A stretch of 40,829 nucleotides of DNA from Octopus sinensis (Eukaryota): NCBI RefSeq assembly GCF_006345805.1, contig NW_021835429.1:1-40829 (forward strand). Reading direction: 5' to 3'. This document shows positions 35,315 through 40,829 of this stretch, in pieces. A model generated the notes under the pieces. The model did no database searches and was not told where the DNA came from. It saw only the letters and a list, made by a program, of their open reading frames with translations. The translations under genes and the position numbers were made by a program. Position 1 is the first letter of the stretch; the number at the start of each line of letters is the position of its first letter.

Positions 35315-35592
35315 TGGAACAGCCTGTTCATGAAATTCATGTGGAAGTGGCTGAGTACTACATAGACACAATACAAACCCTTGACATAGTTTTTAGGAAG
35401 ATTCAATGTGACACAGAATGTGACAAGGCTTGCCCCTTTTGAATTACCAGTACAACTCATTTTTACCAGTTGACTGGACTAGAGCAATGTGAAGTAAAGT
35501 GTCTTGCTCAAGGACACAATGCTCTGCTGGGAATTGAACTCATGACCTTATGATTATGAACTGAATACCCTAACCACAAAGCCATGTACGTT
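35315..35592 (-). mobile_element. tRNA-derived SINE family D (CORE-like gtgtccttgagcaagacac)
   Basis: Minus-strand A box tggctttgtgg and B box gagttcaattcc; related pieces at ~1155-1280 and 37270-37520. Confidence 0.7.
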
Positions 35593-36364
35593 CACTATAC
35601 AAAAAGGGGTAAACCTAGGAAAAAGCTAAGTTACAGAAGCCTAGCTGATAGTTCAGAACCAACAAGATATGGGAGACAAGGACCCTCCTTCAGGGAAACA
35701 TATGAGGTGGGAGAATGAGGCATAATTGGAAAGGCAGTGATCTAACTAGAGAGAAGTAAGAAAGGCTGCTCAGAATTGAGGTCAGTGGAGAAAAGTTGTC
35801 AATGGTCTTTGCTCCTTAGGGAAGTAAGGATTTATAAAGAAGGGTTAGGGGAACGAGGCAAAGCTGATGATAAAAACAAAATTGCATGGGCATTAACGAC
35901 AATTCAAAACTAAGATCTGATAGAGGAAGGCTTGGCTTTTCCTCGGGGAAATATATGAAGAAGGATACTCAGACAAGAACTGAGAAAAACACAGATTGAA
36001 ACTAGAGAAGAGGGCATTGGAAGAAATTAGTCAATGGCCCTTACTCGTTAGGGAGCAAAGGGCTTAATTGTGTAAGAGTCTAAAAACCATTCCAATTCAC
36101 AGCCTACGTGTTTTCATAGTCCGTAATTAAAAAAGAAACCATGTCTTTATATTCTTAGTATAATGTTATATGTTTTTAATCCTACCAATAATATATCTCA
36201 TAAGAACTAATTTTAATTAATATAATGTATAAATGATTTTACAGTTAATTAAAGTTAATATTACATATATTTATATATTCTAATTAAAGCAGTGAGATAC
36301 CAATGAAGCTGTACAGGCATCTTAATTTACGTCTGACAATATTTCTTGCAAACCAAACAAAATA

Positions 36365-37250
36365 TGTTTTGCTTGGCATAGTTGGGTGATTAAGAGGGTC
36401 ACTCTGTAACCATGTGGATTCAGGTTCTGTCCCACTGTGCAGCACCTTGGGCAAAGGTTTTCTGTTTTAGGCCAACTAATGCTTTGGGCAAGTTAGCGAA
36501 TTCAGTTGACAGAAACTGAGTGGATGCCTGTTATATATATGCATGATAAGAAGCTAGATTCCCAACCACATGGTTCCAGGTTCAATCCCACTGTGTGGCA
36601 CCTTGGGGAGGTATCTTCTACAATAGATTTGAACTGACCAAAGTGTTGTGAGTGGATTTGGTAGACAGAAACTGAAAGAAGCCCATTGTAGATATATGTG
36701 TGCGTGTGTATGTCTGTCTGTCTGTCTGTTTGTCAATCTCATCAGTGTTTGACAAATGGTATTGGTGTGCTTATGTCCCCTTGACTAAAACCCTTCAAGG
36801 TGGTGCTCCAGCATGGCCGCAGTCAAATGACTGAAACAAGTGAAAGAGTAAAAGAATATATATATAAGATCTGGCTGAGTGGTAAGAAGCTTGCTTCCCA
36901 ACCACATTGTTCGGGGTTTAGTCCCACTGCGTGGCACCTTGACCAAGTGTTTTCGAGTCGACCAAAGCCTTGTGAATGGATTTAGTAGACGGAAACTGAA
37001 AGATGCTCATATATATGTATGAGTGTGTGTATGTGTGTGTCTTTGTGCCTGTGATTGTCCCTGCCCACTACCACCACCACCACTTGACAACTAGTGTTGG
37101 TGTCTTTACATTTCCATAACTTAGCAGTTCAGCAAACGAGATCAATAGAATAAGTACCATGCCTTAAAGTACCGGGGTTAATACATTTCATTGAAAATTC
37201 TTCTAGGTGGTGCCCCAGTATGGCCACAGTCTAATGCCTGAAAATGAGTA
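36365..37250. mobile_element. Cluster of SINE family A copies and fragments in both orientations
   Basis: Plus 36365-36530, minus 36548-36790, plus 36790-36855 and plus 36868-37250. Confidence 0.7.
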
Positions 37251-37523
37251 AAAAAACAAACAAATTTATCATGTGGTCACCTGATTGGCCAGACTATCAG
37301 ATGTTGGCACATATCGCTGGTCACAATGCACTTCTTTACATTGTTTTCGCTTTTGAATGATGTTGCCCCACTAACTAGGTGGACAGACCAGCATCCACCC
37401 TGAATGGAAGGCTAGTCTATCACAGGGTGAATTGCTTACAGATGAGTGCAGTGGAGCAATGTGAAATGAAGTGTCTTCCTCAAGAACATTTTGCATAGCC
37501 AGTCTATCACCCTGTGATAGACT

Positions 37524-37691
37524 ATAGGTGCAGAAGTGGCTGTGTGGTAAGTAGCTTGTTTACCAACCACATGGTTCCGGCTTCAGTCCCACTGCATGGC
37601 ACCTTGGGCAAGTGTCTTCTACTATAGCCTCGGGCCGACCAAAGCCTTGCGAGTGGTTTTGGTAGACGGAAACTGAAAGAAGCCCATTGTA

Positions 37692-37738
<47 letters not shown>

Positions 37739-37766
37739 GTGTGTCTGTGTTGTCCCCCTAGCATTG

Positions 37767-37768
<2 letters not shown>
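37524..37768 (+). mobile_element. SINE family A, 3'-truncated
   Basis: Head through gtcccccta gcattgc, then (TA)n. Confidence 0.85.
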
Positions 37769-37804
<36 letters not shown>

Positions 37805-37854
37805 TATTGAATTTCTAAATATATCGGAGAGACATGAGCAGTGGTGAGGCAATA

Positions 37855-38341
37855 TAGTGGTTATATACTGTCAACTCAACGTGACAGTCCTGAAAAGGGA
37901 ATCACACCACCGCTATATAGCCCTAGGAAGCATCGACGCTTCCTGTCAGCTTTGAAACATTTCCTGTGTCCTTATATTCGGAAAGGGGAGGCAACCATCC
38001 CCACCAGCTAGGACTAGCAACCTGAAGACATGCATGTTTCTGGGTCTTGCCCGTCATCAGTGAATAAATTTCACTGAAAATATTATATATGTGCAAAGCG
38101 GTTGCAGCCATCTCAGCTAGCAGGACTTACTACCCTGGACTGATGACAGGCAAGACCCAGAAACATGTCTTCAGGTGCTAGTCCTAGCTGGTTGGGGTGC
38201 TTGCCTCCCCTTTGCAAATACAAGGGCACAGGAAATGTGTCAAAGCCGACAGGAAGCGTTCGATGCTTCCTAGGGCTAAACAGCGGTGGTGTAATTCCCT
38301 TTACGGGACTGTCATGTTGAGTTGACAGTATACAACCACTA
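37855..38341 (+). mobile_element. Foldback element (~205-bp arms, ~90% identical) with hammerhead cores in both arms; PLE-like
   Basis: 37855-38061 matches the reverse complement of 38139-38341; ends aacCACTATA(TA)n. Confidence 0.85.
38134..38175 (+). ncRNA. Short-stem-III type I hammerhead with canonical core
   Basis: CCUGGA-CUGAUGA-CAGG(CAAGA)CCCA-GAAA-CAUG-UC-UUCAGG: 6-bp stem I, palindrome ACAUGU, GUC triplet, weakened stem II. Confidence 0.8.
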
Positions 38342-38519
38342 TATATATATTATCGGTAAAGAAAGACATTGCATGAGTCTGTATTAATTATATCCCTTAT
38401 GTACTTCCATAGATTCTGTGTTTAGTATAACTTTACTTCCCCCCTTTTTGTTGGTCATTCATTATTATTTCTGATAGTTAAATCCTAGCATCTCCCTTCC
38501 CAACCCACTTCCACACTGA

Positions 38520-38724
38520 ATCCTGCATGTGTATATATATATATATATATATATACATATTTACTACATGTAGATATCCATCGGTTCATTTACCCACATA
38601 GCCATACGTGCACACACATCAACATATACACACACACATATACAAACACACACACACACATATGCACATATACATAAATTCACAGATATATATTTGTGCG
38701 TGTGTGTGTGTATGTGCATGTGTT

Positions 38725-38764
<40 letters not shown>

Positions 38765-39200
38765 TATTATACACTTGTTTCTATACATACATATACTGCT
38801 ATATATATATACATATAAATGTGTCTGTATTACGCATCTGTATGAGTGTATATATATGTACTTATACATACATATGCCTGTATACATACATATAGATTTG
38901 TGTGTCTATATCATGTTATATATATACACACACACACAGATATATATATATATATATATTATATAATATACACACACACAAGTATATGTTTGTGTGTGTG
39001 TATATATATATATGTATGTAATATGCATATATATATATATATATGTATACATGCATTATGTATACATATATATATAACCGGATATCATATATATAAAGAC
39101 AGATATTGATGCATGCACACATATACATACATACACACACACACACACACGTGTGTGTATTTTACATATATATATATATATACACACATATATATAGGGT
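38520..39200. repeat. (TA)n/(CA)n/(TG)n microsatellite field
   Basis: Direct inspection. Confidence 0.9.
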
Positions 39201-39529
39201 ATATACAAACCAGGATTTATGCATATATGCACAAATTGTGGGACACATATATATAAGGGAATGCAAGCAGACACCCCACCCACTCACATGCATATATCCA
39301 CCTATATACACACACAGGGCTTACCTAAGTGACAGGGAAGATTTACACACATCCCAAATGAGATTACAACGCATATGTTATTGTTGGTTAATTTAGTCCC
39401 TTCTTATCAAACATATGTTTTTAATATCTAAACTTAAGACCACTTAGATAATATGTCTCAACAGATTCCACTCCCATATATATACATATATACACACATA
39501 TATACATACATATATATGTGTATGTGTGT

Positions 39530-40829
39530 ATCTTTTACTCTTTTACTTGTTTCAGTCATTTGACTGCAGCCATGCTGGAGCACGGCCTTTAGTCGAGCAA
39601 CTCGACCCCGGGACTTATTCTTTTGTAAGCCCAGAACTTATTCTATCGGTCTCTTTTGCCGAACCGCTAAGTGACGGGGATGTAAACACACCAGCATCCG
39701 TTGTCAAGCAATGCTAGGGGGACAAACACAGACACACAAACACATACACACACATACATTATACATATATACGACGGGCTTCTTTCAGTTTCCATCAACC
39801 AAATCCACTCACAAGGCTTTGGTCGGCCCGGGGCTATAGTAGAAGACACGTGCCCAAGATGCCACGCAGTGGGACTGAACCCGAAACCATGTGGTTGGTT
39901 AGCAAGCTACTTACCAAACAGCCACTCCTGCGCCTATGTGTGTATCTTTTACTCTTTTACTTGTTTCAGTCATTTGACTGCGGCCATGCTGGAGGACCGC
40001 CTTTAATCCAGCAACTCGACCCCGGGACTTATTCTTTTGTAAGCTCAGTACTTATTCTATCAGTCTTTTTTGCCGAACCGCTAAGTGACGGGGACGTAAA
40101 CACACCAGCATCGGTTGTCAAGCAATGCTAGAGGGACAAACACAGACACACAAACATATACACACACATACATATATGTATATACATATATACGATGGGC
40201 TTCTTTCAGTTTCCATCTACCAAATCCACTCACAAGGTTTTGGTTGGTTGAGGCTATAATAGAAGACACTTGCCCAAAGTGACACGCGGTGAACCTGGAA
40301 CCATGTGGTTGGTAAGCAAGTTTATTACCACACAGCCACTCCTGCGCCTATGTATATATATATATATATATATATATGTTTTATCTTTTACTTGTATCAG
40401 TCATTTGACTGTGGCCATGCTGGAGTACCACCTTAAAGGGTTTTTTAGTCAAAAAAATTGACCCAGGACTTATTCTTTGTAAGCCCAGTACTTATTCTGC
40501 TAGGTTACAGGGATGTAAACACACCAACATCAGTTGTCAAGTGATGCTGGGGGACAAGCACAAGCACACACATTTGCAAATTGTTGTTTATATTAATTTT
40601 ATATATATACAGGATGGGCTTCTTTTAGTTTCCTATTAGCAAATCCACTCGCAAGGCTTTGTTTGGCCCGAGGCTATAGTAGAAGATATGTGCACAAGGT
40701 GCCATGCAGTGGGACTGAACCTGGAACCATGTGGCTGGGAAGCAATCTTCTTACCACACAGCCACACTTGTGCCTATATATATATATATATTTGTTATCT
40801 TTTACATATTTTAGTCTTTAGACTGAGGC
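39530..40829 (-). mobile_element. Head-to-tail array of three SINE family A copies and the start of a fourth
   Basis: 39530-39938, 39946-40351, 40378-40778 and 40795-end. Confidence 0.9.

Noticed and set aside
35600-36080. Weak ~230-250-bp internal similarity
   Set aside because: Too degenerate to define units or origin by eye.
33240-38343. Classing the TATAGTG-ended inverted-repeat elements as Tc1- or Academ-type MITEs
   Set aside because: The asymmetric interior with a directional hammerhead and the lack of a clear TSD fit PLE-type inversion better; not fully excluded.

Overview
Eukaryotic, AT-rich, repeat-dominated non-coding DNA, most likely intronic or intergenic octopus (coleoid cephalopod) genome. 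The organism call is inferred from the SINE families and the extreme microsatellite load. No intact protein-coding gene is demonstrable, and almost all ORFs in the supplied track are simple-repeat or transposon artefacts. The window holds about 20 tRNA-derived SINE copies from 4 families, about 9 RTE-LINE 3' fragments, two Tx1/L1-clade LINE fragments (one with RT and CCHC), four mariner remnants or MITEs, Helitron and piggyBac-like non-autonomous pieces, and large tri/tetranucleotide arrays. Main discovery: five unrelated short elements each carry a hand-foldable type I, short-stem-III hammerhead ribozyme of the Penelope-like (PLE) kind, at 6660, 9216, 33376, 34578 and 38134. Three are built as head-to-head foldbacks with the ribozyme near the inversion centre, and three end in CACTATA(TA)n. 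One has a G3:C8 swap of the conserved C3:G8 core pair in both arms of a 284-bp palindrome. Also notable: a 568-bp retrocopy of an unidentified ORF end inserted into a SINE head with a 9-bp target-site duplication, and a few weak candidate exons plus a CpG/G4-rich candidate promoter.
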